DNA of 63,555 nt, the filler included, from Folioceros fuciformis (lineage: Eukaryota), in the NCBI GenBank assembly GCA_049999805.1. It is 5 parts of 4 records of this genome, joined end to end, with 100 filler letters (N's around TTAATTAATTAA, not from the genome) between each part and the next. Parts side by side here need not be neighbours in the genome. Positions count along the whole stretch, not along the records: positions 30,973 to 51,977 come from JBNGIO010005972.1; positions 52,078 to 61,853 come from JBNGIO010005981.1; 3 more parts are not named here. One strand, 5' to 3'. The notes under the pieces are model-generated. The model did no database searches. It had not been told where the DNA came from and saw only the letters and a program-made list of their open reading frames with translations. A program made the position numbers and the translations under genes. Positions 38,769 to 52,150 of the stretch are shown here, one piece after another (the stretch's first letter is position 1; each line of letters opens with the position of its first letter).

Positions 38769-41700
38769 CTACAAACTCTTCTTCCTTAGCTCCCCGTGTA
38801 TCTCTCTCAGGATTGCGCACAGTTGAGGCTGTTTTCGGTCTTCCACCATGAATGCATGCACCTCATCGTCATGCTCAATCCAACTCTGTCCAGGCTTCTT
38901 CAATGCTCCTGCCCTCTGCCACATGTCATCGATTTCCTTTGCACGGTCCCACTGGCCAGCATGGGCGTACAAGTTTGACATGAGCACGTAGGGAGAGGCT
39001 TGTTCTGGCTCTAAAGCCACAGCGCAGTGAAAAGCACGTCTTCCTAGAACTACATTACCATGCTTCCGGCAGGCACTCAGCAGGCATAACCACAAAGCCC
39101 AGTTGGGCTGCATAGGCATTTTTTTGAGCAGATTCTCTGCTTCGCTGAAGAGACCAGCACGGCCAAGAAGATCAATAATGCAGACGTAGTGCTCCACCTC
39201 TGGACTGATGCCATGGTCTCTGGCCATGTTTTGGAAGAACTCCACGCCCTTGTCAACCATGCCACCATGACTGCAAGCGGATAGGAGTGCCAGAAGTGTG
39301 ACTTTGTTTGGTTTCGTGCCTGCCGTGCACATCCTTTCGAAACAGCGAATGCTCCTGTCACCAGCTCCCTGGCGGGCATACCCGGCGATCAGAGCAGTCC
39401 AGGAAACCACGTCTGGCTCAGGCAGTGAGTCGAACACGTTCTGGGCATCCATCATGCTTGCACATTTGCCGTATGCATGAATCAGACTGGTGGCCACTGG
39501 GAGACTGCATTCTAAGTTTCTCTCGACAATGCTCCGATGGATATGCCTGCAACTATTTAACGCTCCAGTATTGCCACATGCTTCCAGTACACAAAGAAAT
39601 GAAGCCTCGTCCAGGTTCAATCCATGCTCTTGCGCTTGTTTGTACAGTTCCAGAGCATTCCCCCATTGGCCCTGTTGGGAGTATGCTGAAATCATGGCAT
39701 TCCACGACACCACATCTCGACGCGGTAATGCATCAAATACTTTTCGAGCATCCATGATGCTCCCACACCTACCATACATGGAGACCAAACCGTTCCCAAC
39801 ATACACATCTGCCGCAAAACCTCTGGCTTCAGCTGCAGCATGTACCTCCCTACCTTTTGTTAAGGCGTTCACTTTCACAGTCTGTCCCTGAAAAAGTGCA
39901 ATCGGCTCCTTTTCAGCAATGCTGCCACATGCTTGCAGCGTGCTGACGAAAGTCCGGGCATCAGGACAGATCCCTCTCGCTAGCATTTGCTGATAAACCT
40001 CCAAGGCACTTGCTCCCTGATCGTGCTGAGCATACGCTGCGATCATGGCATTCCATGACGAAACATCTTGACATGACAAACCTTGAAACGCATCCTGTGC
40101 TTCCCTGATGCTTCCACACTTGGTATATGTGCCAATCAAAGTACTGAGGACATGCATGTCCACTTCTCTTCCTCCTGCATCAGCATGTATTTCCCTCGTC
40201 CATAGTAATGAATCCACTTTAACAAGATGCCCATGGACAAGTACACCTTCCTCCCTTTCTGCAAGGGTGCCACATGCTTGAAGAGCACTGACGAAGGTCC
40301 AAACATCTGGCCTGACTCCTTCCTGTTGCAGTTGTCTGTAAACGCGCAAAGCAGCGTCTCCATGACCCTGCTTAGTGTATGCTGCAATCATAGATGTCCA
40401 GGACACTACATCTCTGTGACCACATCTGTTAAACACCTCTTGCACATCCTTGATGCTCTGGCACTTTGCATACATGCGAATCAAGGCCCTAGAAACAAAG
40501 ATGTCTGACTCAAACCCCGTAGCAGCAGCTTCTGCATGAATTATATGTCCCTTGTGTAGCGACTCTGCTTTAAGATTGTGCCCATCCAGAGCTGTATCTG
40601 GCTCCTTTTCAGCAAGTATGCAACATGCCTGGAGAGCGCTGACAATCGTTTGTGCATTTGGTGTGACACCTTCATCATGGACCTGCCAATACATCTTCAA
40701 CGCCTGTTCTCCCTGCTCCTGCTGAACACATGCTGCAATTATGGCATTGAAGGACACTATGTCTCGGTGAAACATGGAGTCAAACACCTGTTGCGCATCC
40801 CTGATGCTCCCACACTTAGCATACATGCTGACCAAAGTGTTGGCAATAAATACATCAGAGTCAAAGCGTCTGGAAGCAGCTTCAGCATGTATTTCCTTCC
40901 CCTTCTGTAGAGACTTTATTTTGATATGCTGCCCATCCACAAATGCTTTTTCTTCCTGTTCTGAAAGGCTGCCACATGCTTGAAGGGCACTGACATAGGT
41001 CCGAGCATCTGGTCTGATTCCTTCCTGGTGCATTTGCCTAAATATCTTCAAGGCCAGGACCCCTTGACTCTGCTGAGCATATGCTGCAAGAAGTGCAGTC
41101 CATGACACTACGTCACGGTTGGACAATTTGTCAAACACTTGCTGTGCATCCATTACGCTTCCACACTTGGCATACAGACTAACCAAGGAGTTACCAACAT
41201 AAATGTCTGATACAAAACCCCTGGCAGCAGCTTCCTGGTGTAGCTGCTTGCCTCTTTGAAGCAACCAGTCCATGACCTTCCGCCCCTGGTCAGTCGCAGT
41301 TTCCTGCGTTTCAGCAAGGATGCCACATGCTTGTAGTGCACTGACAAAGGTACGAGCATTGGGCCTCACGCCCTCCGCCTGCATTCTGGCATACATCTGC
41401 AAGGCCATTTCCCCTCGGTCCTGCTGAGCATATGCTGCCATCATGGAATTCCATGACACTACATCGCGATTAGATAGAGAGTCAAACACCCGTTGCGCAT
41501 CAAGTATGCTCCCACACTTCGCGTACATGCTCACCAAACTGCTGCCAATAAATACATCTGACTCATACCCGTGTTTTAGGATAGCTGCATGGATCTGCTT
41601 GCCCCTCTCCAAATCCTCCGACCTGCGGCATGCTTTCAGTAGGCCGACAAATGTGTATGTGTTTGGATGCACTCCCTCCTTCTCCATCTGTTCAAGGCAT

Positions 41701-42308
41701 GACATGGCATCCTGACATTTTCCAGCGTTAACATACCCCGAAATTATGCACGTCCAAGAAAAGACCGTTCGGTGTGCCATCCTTTGAAATACATGAAGCC
41801 CATCCTCGAAACCTCCACAGCTAATCAAGGTGCTGACCACAAAGTCCAGCAGAAAGCTGTCCGACTCCAATCCATGTTTTGCCAAATGCAAATGCACCCT
41901 CTTGGCCTCCGCAAGAGCCTTTGTCCTCGTGCACGCCTGCAAGAGATTTTTGTAAGTCCGGACTGAAGGGACATTCCCCTCGTTGTCCATGCGACGAAGG
42001 ACCTCCAGTGCCTTGTGAAGCTGGCCATCCTTACACAGACTCGCTTGTTCACAATCGTCCCTGCGAATCCATGGACCCCACAAAAGAGTTTGCGCCCCAA
42101 CAGGCATCAGTATGTCAAGCATCAGCTACCAGTAACCTGAACTAAACACATACCGTCGGTAAGTCCCAGCCGTTGTAGCCGCATCAGGCAGCCTCTCCCC
42201 AACTTCCAGCTGAGAAGTGCGCAACTCCGCTACCTGGGAACTTACAACAGGCCTCTGTCGCCTAAAGCCAGGGTTGGCAGGCGCCAATCTGTGCAGAATA
42301 CAGCACAT
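38769..42308 (-). CDS. PLS-class PPR protein with E domains and PG box, no complete DYW (E+); exon 1 42308-42154, exon 2 42060-38769
   Basis: Repeated MYAKCGS..DA..VFD / DVVSWN.MI.AY.Q.G motifs; E-domain LLSACRKHGN and YVLMSNLYA; KKPGQSWIE then stop ~35 aa later. The 93-nt intron 42153-42061 (gtatgt...cgcag) is phase-compatible and adds a transit-peptide-like leader. Confidence 0.92.
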
Positions 42309-43058
42309 TGCCACACCGAGATTCCAAAAAGAGACTCATTTCTATCCGACATACTTCGTGGCAAAATTGCGTGCGTTGATCATTAGACGGAGTTTGAAGT
42401 GAAATGCAGGAAGCTGCAAACGCGACCTGCGCAGCTTAGCCTCACCGTCCCACCAAACTGGGGAACGGTTCCGCCATGGGCCCTCCTGTTGGTCTTCCTT
42501 CATAGCCACTGAACCTGCTGAACATGTGTGGTTTCCTTGGAAAGAAAAACTTCCGACAAGCTCTTCGGTGCAGGAATAACAAGCAAACAGTATTGACTAA
42601 CAAGCAAGCAGGCCAGCAATGACAGTATTACTTCACGTGCAGCCCGATAATCGGATTCAACGGGCCCCTCTGGCATCCAGCACAGAATCGAGGCAACCAT
42701 ACACAAAACGCCATCCTGCAATGAATCTAGCCGCTTGGTGGGTGACAGGCTGGGAATGGGCAGGTAACGATAGTCAGTGGCGATGATTTCTATGTCGGAC
42801 CCCGATCTGAGGTGTTTGACTGTCCGTCAGCCTTTCTTTGATGCGGTGTTCAGAAGCGCAGCCGTTCGGGGACCTCCTTGAGCACAGCGTAAGGCCCACC
42901 TTCCAGTGGTGAAAATGCTTGGCGGTGAAGGAGGCCACAGGAGGGTGGCAGATGTTCTCAAGCAGTCATGCGGTTCAGTATACTTCTGATCAGTGTTGAA
43001 TGTGATGCAGGCGATGGCTGTGTGGGCGATGAAGACGAGTTGAGGAACAAGCATCATC

Positions 43059-44264
43059 ATGGCTCTGCCACTTGAAGACTGCTGGGATGCACTGTGCATT
43101 CTGCCAGGGCTCCCCAATTCCGTGGCGTTGCACTGCCTTGCCAGGGTGCCGCGCAGCCTGTACCCGGAGCTCAAGGCCGTGTCTCGCATCTGGCGGCGAG
43201 CGCTTTCCTGTAGAGACATCTATGGCGTCCGCAGCGAGCTGGGTTGCACAGAGGCCTGGATCTACCTATCCTTCGCTCCTCGCACAGGCTTGCCCGCTAG
43301 AAACTGGTTCGAGGCCTACGATCCTGCCACGAAAATGTGGAAGTTCATCTGTAGGATGCCTGGGTTGGAGGACGCTGAGACTCTCAAGGATTTTGCCTGC
43401 GTCGGCGTGCAAGGAAGGCTGTATGTAATTGGAGGGCGTGTCAGCGTCCAATTCCCATCCCCTTCCGGGGGCAGCAGGACTCGGATTAGGAGTGACGTGT
43501 ACATGTACGACTGCATATGCGGCTCATGGACCAAATGCTCCAGCATGTCAGCTGCTCGCGTCGATTTTGCCTGCAGCGTGTGCAACGGCTTGATCTATGT
43601 TGCAGGCGGACGAAGCCAACTCGGGCATGAGAAGGGAGTGGCCAGTGCAGAGGTGTACGACCCAGACAAAGACTGCTGGACCGCACTCCCCAAAATGAGC
43701 ACTGGGAGGTATAAATGTGTTGGAGTGACACTCAACAGCAAGTTCTATGTCATCGGAGGTTTCACCTCCTCAGGTAACACCGAAGGCCACGAGACTGTGG
43801 ATGTGTTTTCCTGGAACCGAAGTTCTGTGGAGATATATGAACCACGCTTAAAGCAATGGGTGTTTGTCAAGGGAATGTGGCAGCTCGATATCCCTCCTTA
43901 TCAGGTGGTGAACCTGGATGGTGAGCTCTATAGCTCAGGAGACCTGTTGAACTCGTGGAAAGGCTGCGTTGAGCTGTACGACGAGATTTCGAACATGTGG
44001 AAAGCCGTGGGAGGATCTCGACGACGGCTGCGTGAAGATCTGGAATATCAGAATCCCCGAAGGTATGTCACCATGGCGGCTATTGGGAAGCAGCTGTACT
44101 TCCTTGGAGGTTATTGCAATTGCGACCATGAACCATATTGTCTGGACACCGTAAGCATTTTTAGCACCACTTCGGGGGAGGTGGCAGGTAATTGGCAGTC
44201 TCTTCCACCTGTGCATAAACCGTGCAGGGAGTTGTGTAGCCCTTGCTGCGTAGTTGATGCTTGA
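43059..44264 (+). CDS. F-box/kelch-repeat protein, intronless CDS
   Basis: F-box ILPGLPNSVALHCLARVP...VSRIWR; kelch repeats LYVIGG, IYVAGG, FYVIGG with AEVYDP..W. Confidence 0.92.
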   Translation: MALPLEDCWDALCILPGLPNSVALHCLARVPRSLYPELKAVSRIWRRALSCRDIYGVRSELGCTEAWIYLSFAPRTGLPARNWFEAYDPATKMWKFICRMPGLEDAETLKDFACVGVQGRLYVIGGRVSVQFPSPSGGSRTRIRSDVYMYDCICGSWTKCSSMSAARVDFACSVCNGLIYVAGGRSQLGHEKGVASAEVYDPDKDCWTALPKMSTGRYKCVGVTLNSKFYVIGGFTSSGNTEGHETVDVFSWNRSSVEIYEPRLKQWVFVKGMWQLDIPPYQVVNLDGELYSSGDLLNSWKGCVELYDEISNMWKAVGGSRRRLREDLEYQNPRRYVTMAAIGKQLYFLGGYCNCDHEPYCLDTVSIFSTTSGEVAGNWQSLPPVHKPCRELCSPCCVVDA

Positions 44265-44699
44265 AAAGCCTGGCCCATGTGCGTTTGTTTGCACCTCCAG
44301 TTAGGCAAGTAGAGACATGATACTGTACATGTTATGTAAATAAGGAACAAAATACAGACTTTGTAGAAGTGAAGAGTTTAGAGAAAGCCGTTCCAGCCGA
44401 TGGAAAAGGACCCACAAAGGGCTCTCTCCCCAGGCCACGGAGACATGCATCTAACAAGAGGATTCAGGAAAACCTACCGCGTTCCTCCTTTTAGCAGGCC
44501 TCCTATCACAAAAGAGAGAGGAAACCTGATTCATTCTTGGGTTGTCGTTGCTTTTACCGAAAACAAGTGGGATAAATCCTTTCCTTTTCCATAACCACAG
44601 GTCATGGGGTAAGGTATATACATATGAAAACATTTTGCGCGGCGAGGGATCTCCTGCGATCTATATTGTGTTGTAAGCTAGCAAAGCTAGTTGCTTTGG

Positions 44700-45800
44700 A
44701 GAAGCCCACTTTTGGGTGGTGCGTTCTGGAGCCGTCGTTTTAGCACCTCACCCAATGTAATATCACGATTCAATTTGAAGAGTAATTCTATGCACTTACC
44801 ATTTTGGGATTACCCAAACCCTATATTACTCCAAGCGATTGTGAGTCCGCCACCTTTAGTGTCCAAGCTGTCCTCAAGTCACACCTATACAAGGTAGCCT
44901 TGCATTAGGTGGACATTGAGAATGCTTTTAATACATTTCTAAGGCTGTCATTTTCTCAAAACTCACGAATATTGTAGGGTAACTAGTTGCTCCCATTCAC
45001 TTTGATTGCTCCTTCTTCTCCATCCAAGCTCTACTATCTACATGGTCTAACCACGGAAAGTATCTTATCACCTTGGTAACAAACACTAGGTAGGGAGATC
45101 TACTAGAGGATGCTCTTTTCAACATGGTGCATTGTAGGTGTTCTTCTTTGTAGCCTTCACCTTCCTAGAATGTCATTTTCCCATCTATGGCCTGAACTTT
45201 AAGTGAAGCTGGCCCAATGTAGGGTTTGGTCCCCCTAGGCAATACGTCACCTCTTTGGTATTTTGGATGATATATCACTCCTTCATATGGGTTGTGGATT
45301 TTGGGAGTTTGAGTGAGACTTTATTCAAGGGTTTGTTAACATAGCCTTAAAAAAAAACTTGGTTCACACTGAAAAACTCGCACAAATTGAGAACCCTTAG
45401 ATAACAATTGGCATTCTCTTTTTGTGATTTATGCAAAACACATATCATCTTACTGCCACAATTGCTCCTTCTTCGACTTTCTTATTAAGCCTAAGGAATT
45501 TTGATAGTTGCATTATACATGCTCTTGGGGACATCATAAGCTGTAGCACTTTTGAGTGTACCGCCATAGATTTGGCAAGGAAACTAGCAACTTTGCCCAT
45601 CATCTTTGTAGGGTTTGGTTTTCTAAGCATGAACGCCTCAACTAGGCTACCTTCTTAAGTAGCTAGGCCCCCTCTGCTCTAATTATGGTTTCTCAATTTT
45701 AAATCCAGCATTCCCCCTCGTTGGGACTAAAGAGCTTGGAGGTTAAAGAGGGGGGATTCTCATTAGAATTTTCTCTTAGGCAAGCTAGGGATTCCTAACC
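44700..45800 (-). mobile_element. Possible decayed Ty3/gypsy gag-like remnant
   Basis: Short minus-strand fragments (e.g. DITLGEVLK near 44740-44765), no intact ORF. Weak support. Confidence 0.25.
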
Positions 45801-47059
45801 TTGAGATGCATGGAGAGGTAGGCCTCGTTTCATCTCCTTGAAGGAGGCGTAGAATGGATGTGTGCCTTTTGGGGCCTCTCTTTTGGAAAAGAAGTGTGCG
45901 CAGGTGTGCTAATTGTCTTCATGGACTCATTCATTCCCAAGCCCTCTCATTTCCATATTGGTTCATTTCAAAGAAGGGAGCAAGATCTTTGCTTTTAGCT
46001 TGGCCTTGCACTCAACACTAACATCTTTTGCCACTACGATGAGATTCTACCTGCCATCGTGGCTCATCCCTTGGCTTTTTCTCTCTTCACATGTGGATGT
46101 GGGGTTGTTATTGACAAATATAGATTATATTTGGCATCTACCTGCCATCGTGGCTCATCCCTTGGCTTTTTCTCTCNNNNNNNNNNNNNNNNNNNNNNNN
46201 NNNNNNNNNNNNNNNNNNNNNNNNNNNNNNNNNNNNNNNNNNNNNNNNNNNNNNNNNNNNNNNNNNNNNNNNNNNNTTTGCAGGGCAATGCATTGTCATG
46301 CATGATACTATTTATGATATCATGTTCTTAATGATAAGAAAGTGCAGGTCTTTTTTAATAGAAAGTGTCTTTACATATTGCATAATGAAGTTTCCCTCAA
46401 GCCTAACCTTTTTTTCACCCTGATAAAACATTTTTGTATCACAAACGTGGTCGTCATATATCTCATTAAGGACTCTATCTATAAGCACATCATTATCAAC
46501 CCTCTACATTGGGCAGCTGAGATGTGCGACAAGTAACATCCATAAATATTCTTAGACTCTATTTATGTCAAGCATGATCGAGAGTGTTATCACTTAGATG
46601 CATGTAAATAATAATTAGTTAATAATTAAGTGATTCTAATAATTATAATTAGTGATAATTAATCATTATTTAGTTAAGATGATTAAAAATGAAAATGAAA
46701 AAATCAACTAGATAGATACACGGCTACATGTGTGGATGTGGTTGCAGCAGGTCTTAAGTAGAAGGCATAAAAGCCTAGCTTAGTGGTATATGCTGTAGTA
46801 GTAAGCTGGTATTCACTTGTTTTCTATGGAATAGGCTTTGTTATGAAGGAGCATTCTCTTGATCTTCAATGCATTATTTAGGAAATGCATTATCATATTA
46901 GAAATCCAATTGAAGTGTGTGTGCAGTGTGTAAGATCACGTGACCTAATTCAGGATTTGAGAAGCCAAGCTACACCTCTGAGAAGTGTGGATGCCAGTGC
47001 AGGAGATTTTGTACCTCGTTTGGCCTAGTCACCTTTGATAGTTTGTCCCACCTCTTTGG

Positions 47060-47225
47060 AGATAGATGAATTTCTTCATCTTATTTTTATTCTTAATAAT
47101 AATTACAAAAATAATCCAAAGTAGACAAAATTTCCTATCTTATTTTTCTAAATATTAAATTATTTTAATAATCCAGAGTAGATAAATTTCCAATCTTCTG
47201 TTCCTTAATATTAAAGTAATTCTAG
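47060..47225. repeat. AT-rich ~57-bp degenerate tandem repeat (~3 copies)
   Basis: Recurring taga[t/c]..atttc..atctt.t.tt...aatatt/aataat blocks at ~47062, 47121, 47178. Confidence 0.6.
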
Positions 47226-48172
47226 GAGCCCTCCACGTAAATTGTACGCCTCCGTGCGTGACCAAAGAAATGCTTTTTGGGATGCCGTCGAGAGTGCCCG
47301 CTCCCCCGCCAGAGCCCCATACCCAATTCTCGTAGATACCCCGCCTTCCGAGAGTTTAACGTGGTTTAAAGAGTTGGTATGGAATACCTTTATCCATCAT
47401 TGATAAGAAAAAATTGGGATGGGATACCATTATACATCATTGATACACAGCGTGAAAAGAAGATATCGGATGAAACTATAAAAATTATCAAGGGCACAAA
47501 CAGCTTTCCAATAAGCTAACCCGTGTCCAGCTGAGATCTCCTGCTGAGGCCACTAGAACGAGAACCTTTAGGGTGATTCCTGGACCTGCCAGATCCACTC
47601 TTTCGTCGTGCACGCCACCCCTTCCGTGAGGCACAATGTGCACGAAAACACCTTCCCTCCATGGCGGAGGAAGGAGTTTGCATCATGACACCTAAACAAT
47701 ACAAAGGTATATACAGAGGTTTTGAATGAACACTACAGTCAGTGGTCAAGGAGACTGATCAGAAAAGAAAAATTCGGGCTTGCACGAGGCCATGGAGAGA
47801 GGAGCTAGCTAGCTTCTGTCATCCCGGGCTCCATGAGCTCGGCATCATCGACAGCCCTGCTCCTGGTCCTCAAAACTCATACCTGTGTCCTCGCTGTCTA
47901 CGCTGGACCAGAAGCTAACCCTGACAAGCATGAGTGATAGATGACGGCTTGAACTGGTCAGGTCTGGCCAAAACCTTCCACAGAGTCTCGTCTTGCAGCC
48001 TTGATTCACATAATCCACTGATGCATGAATAGATCACCAGACGACTTGGGGCTTCAGAGACTCCATGGAGCTGAGCTTCCAGGAACAACTTTGGACCTTC
48101 TGTGGTCCAATATGGAGGGACCAACTTTGACCAGTGTTAATGTACAAGAGCAGGAAGAGACAGGAAAATCCA

Positions 48173-51100
48173 TTACGCCTCTTGAGTCATGCGAGTAAAA
48201 GAGCTTCTGGGTGGCATGGACTTCCGTCGTGCATCCCTTCCTGAAGAATCTTGGGTGACAGGAACAACAACCTTCCTCGGCTGCCCAGCTGCATTAATAA
48301 TCCTTTGAACCATTGCAGGCGAGCTATTGCTCGTGGAGCTTGCAGTTGCACGGCCTGAACTTGGTGCTGGCCCACCACCACTTCCTGCACCACCTGCTGC
48401 CCCACCCCCAGGTGATTCTGTGCCATTGCCTGCACCGCCTGAACTCGAGCCCGTTCCTGGGCCAGCAACACGCACTTTTGCCACAGTACTACTGCTAGAT
48501 GCATTCCTCATTCCTGGACTGTCGACAATAAGACCACCATTATCTGCTGGTTGATGAGCCCTCCTTGACGGTATAGAAGCGACAGGAGGTGCACTTAACG
48601 AAGTAGGTCTGCCCTTTCTTATGTGAAGCATGAAGGAACATGCAGGAGGTCCTGCACTCACAGATAGCCCTCCTACAGTGGTCTCAATGTTCAGACCTCT
48701 AGAAAGACTGCCGCGTGATGACCTCTGTGAGACACTGCACCGCGGTTGCGCTGCGCGAGCACCATCCTGCATCACCTCAGTCCTTGCCATTGAGATATAC
48801 AGTGACAAGGTTTACAACACAAGTAACGGACTGTAAAGATCAGGACATTGGGAACCCTGAATTCAACTTTATTTCGAACTTACCTTTTGCCCATTTAAGA
48901 TAGGCTGCACACCGATGGGAGACTTTGACCCACTTCCATTTCCCCAAATTGAAGTGTCATTCAGGGGGATACTGTCCTCTTTCTGGGGCTGAGATGATGT
49001 CTGACAGGCTCCATTGTTCACAGGTGATGATATTCTCTTTACCCTTGGCCCAGATGGTGGCTCCCACATGGACTGGCGACATTGATTGATCCTATTCAAC
49101 CCTGACTTGACATTGCTAGAGCTCCAATCCTGCAGAGGGAAAGGTAAGTAACAATAACCAGAACATGGGCAGAGAAACTGATCCACCTGAAAACGCTTGC
49201 AACTTACAGCAGACATGCTTGTCGGAGCCACTCGATCAACAGGTCTGTTTGGACTCATTCTTCGGATGACAGGGTTCATGCTGTACGTCCTGTTACTTAG
49301 AATCCTGTTCTTCGTTTGACCCCATGCGGCTGGTCCAGCAGGACCCGCAGTGAATGGAGAAATGAATGAAGTAGCCAGAGTGTCAGAGACAGATGGAGAT
49401 TCATCGGCACAAGGCTTGAAGAGTGGTCTGCTGTTGCTATTCACTTGTTCCTGCTGTAGTCGCATAAGGTCACCCTACAAGTAGCACACGTAGACATCCA
49501 ACATAAGTCTTGCGAAGAGTTCACCTAAAGCCCAGAACCAACATAAATCGGGATAAAAGGACATAAGCCACGCTCTTACGGCTTTCCACATTCGAGATTG
49601 CATCTCTCGTAAAAAGTGTTGCTGGGGACCAATAACACTACCTGGCCTGAGAATGCGCAGGTAGCCCAGTGCCTACATAACCACCTCATTGAATTGTCAC
49701 TCAATAACAACAGTACCAAAGCTTTTCACTGGAACGTGATGATCACTCGAGAACAACCTGAATGTCCCTATGTGTACCTCATTTGCTGTGAATCGATAAT
49801 GCTTCATGAGGTAGCAACCAATCAATACACCAGTGCGACCTAAGCCAGCCTACATACATTTAGGATACCGAACTCAGAGAAACAATACGTTGTACATACT
49901 TGCTTTGCTTATATTATCGTCAAAAATTCTTACTCCACGCACAATAGTCAGTATTCCCAAACAACCAAGCATTTGAAACATGCAGAACAAAAGGATCGAA
50001 GGCAGAGAAACCAAAGCAGGGTACGCAGAAACACACTTTGCAGTGGACAGCTAAGGCCCCAGGAGTCTCCTCCACAATTTCCAAAAACCTCTGAACGATT
50101 CTATCAGAAGGGCAGCTGGATTCAAGACCAGCACCAATTACCAAATTAGCAATCGTATAGCATATCCAACAAGACAGTATTTCACGTCAGATGTGTACGC
50201 AATTGTCCGGAGGAAATACTACCTTCCATCTGCGAAGTAGAGATCAAAATGGTTGATGCCATTTTCCAAGAACCGACGTCTGTCATAGACTCTCTTGTTC
50301 AGGCGTATCACAGTAGTTACTCCAGTCTGATGCATTGTTAACGAAGTTGAGCAAAGAGGCGTGCTGCATTGACAACCCAAGGGTCCTCGCTACACTACAA
50401 AAGTCTACAACACTTGCACCTAAGAAAGATGAGCAGAAAGACTGGTCTACAACACAAACACGCGCAGTGCACACCCGATGGAAGTAATCAACATAATCTT
50501 CAGGAACCAGAGTCCTGTAACCATAAATCTGCAGACGGGCAACGAGAAACACTGTGAGAGGAATTCCATTTATTGAGCTGTCCTAACAGCATGCTACTTT
50601 ACCGACCCCACTTGGTTGTTGGAAGTCATGGATGTTTGAACCGCACCTCTGCACGTCTGGCTGCCGGGCCACTAAAAGCAACAAGCTTGTTGGGAACTAT
50701 CCAGTTGAGGTCTCCATTTTCTACCTGCAACGGCAATCAAATTCTGATGGACACACATCGGCGAGAACAGTTGCTAGCTTGGGCAGCATGTAGAACGGAG
50801 AGGCCGCACCTGCTCAAAAAACTCATAATCTTCTAGGTTAAAGTTGTCAAAGTCAATCCACCCAATCTTGTGCCCTTTCACAATTGCCTGGAGCACAACA
50901 AAAGGAAGCGAGAGTCACGTTGTGCCTAAAATTCCCAGCCTTAGGACTCGGCAAGCCAGATTCAGACCTAATCTTACCCGTATGCAGTCGAGCACGGAGA
51001 GGGGATACGTCGAGACGCCACAAGTCGGATCTCTAAAAGGCAGGTAGGGCTCAAATGCAGCTATCCGAGAGTAAGCGGCATCTGCCTCGTCACCGACAAA

Positions 51101-51774
51101 GAGCACCAGGTATGCTCCTAGCTGCAACAGAGACCCTGAGAGTGAGCATTGCCTTTTCCTTCTCTCAGACAAAGTACAGTGCAGGCATACGCCACAGCGG
51201 CATACCAGAACCGCAGCATTGGATTTCTTTTTGGGTTCGGCACTGCAGCAGAGGCAGACGCAGTTCCCCTGCTCCTCTGCTTCCTGAGGCAACGATGAGG
51301 AAGGAGCTTAGGCGAAACCCTCGAGCAAAACAGCCGTTTTCACAAAAGCAGGGCTGGCATGCACGGCAACCCGCATTCCCCCGCCCACAAGAACGGAAGC
51401 ATGTACAAGAAAACAATTCCTGGGAGCGGCGGCGGCAACGGGCGCAGGTGATCTCACCTTGAGAAGGCCGTCCAATTTCCAGCAAAACCTGTATGTGCAG
51501 GCGAGGTTCAAGGGCCCGAAATCCGCAAAGAAAGGCTCGTACACCTGCCACAAGGCGGTTGTCACAATCGGGGTCTAGGCCAGCATACACATGTACATGC
51601 ATCAGTTCCAAGTCCGGGAGGAGGACTATTACGCACCAGCTCATTGTCCACGCTGAAACATGTGACAGGAGCCGGGAAGGAGGAGGATTTGACCTCCTCG
51701 TCGTTGCGGACGGGAGCGAAGTAGAGTTTGCCTTTCAAAACCTCACGTGCGTCGTGGTCTCTCAGACCCATCAT
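48173..51774 (-). CDS. CDC14: CDC14 dual-specificity protein phosphatase, multi-exon
   Basis: [51 protein letters not shown], catalytic [20 protein letters not shown]. Long Ser/Gly-rich tail; exact last exon uncertain. Confidence 0.93.
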
Positions 51775-51977
51775 GCAGACAGAATCAGGGGAATTGGCGC
51801 TGGCGCAGTGTGGTGAGCCGGCGCGCCCGGGCCGAGGCTTTAGCCGCAGCCATGCACCCTGGGGCGGCCAATCGGGTCAGATCCAGCCCCAATTCCCGCA
51901 GCAGCGCTGCCCAATGCGCGGCGCCACAGCCCGCAGACGAAGAAGAAAATGCGGGGCAAGGAGCCCCGGGGTGCGGC

Positions 51978-52077
51978 NNNNNNNNNNNNNNNNNNNNNNN
52001 NNNNNNNNNNNNNNNNNNNNNTTAATTAATTAANNNNNNNNNNNNNNNNNNNNNNNNNNNNNNNNNNNNNNNNNNNN
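51978..52077. other. Artificial contig-joining linker
   Basis: N44-TTAATTAATTAA-N44. Confidence 0.97.
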
Positions 52078-52150
52078 ATCAAATCTTTAATTAGGTACTT
52101 GTAACAACACAGTATCATGAATACTCTGTAGGTTTCTTGCGTGCTCACAC

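Noticed and set aside
42774-42822. Possible box C/D snoRNA (gatgat...ctga with gtca/tgac ends) in a putative 5'UTR intron of the F-box gene
   Set aside because: Only ~50 nt, non-canonical box C, and no recognisable rRNA antisense element.
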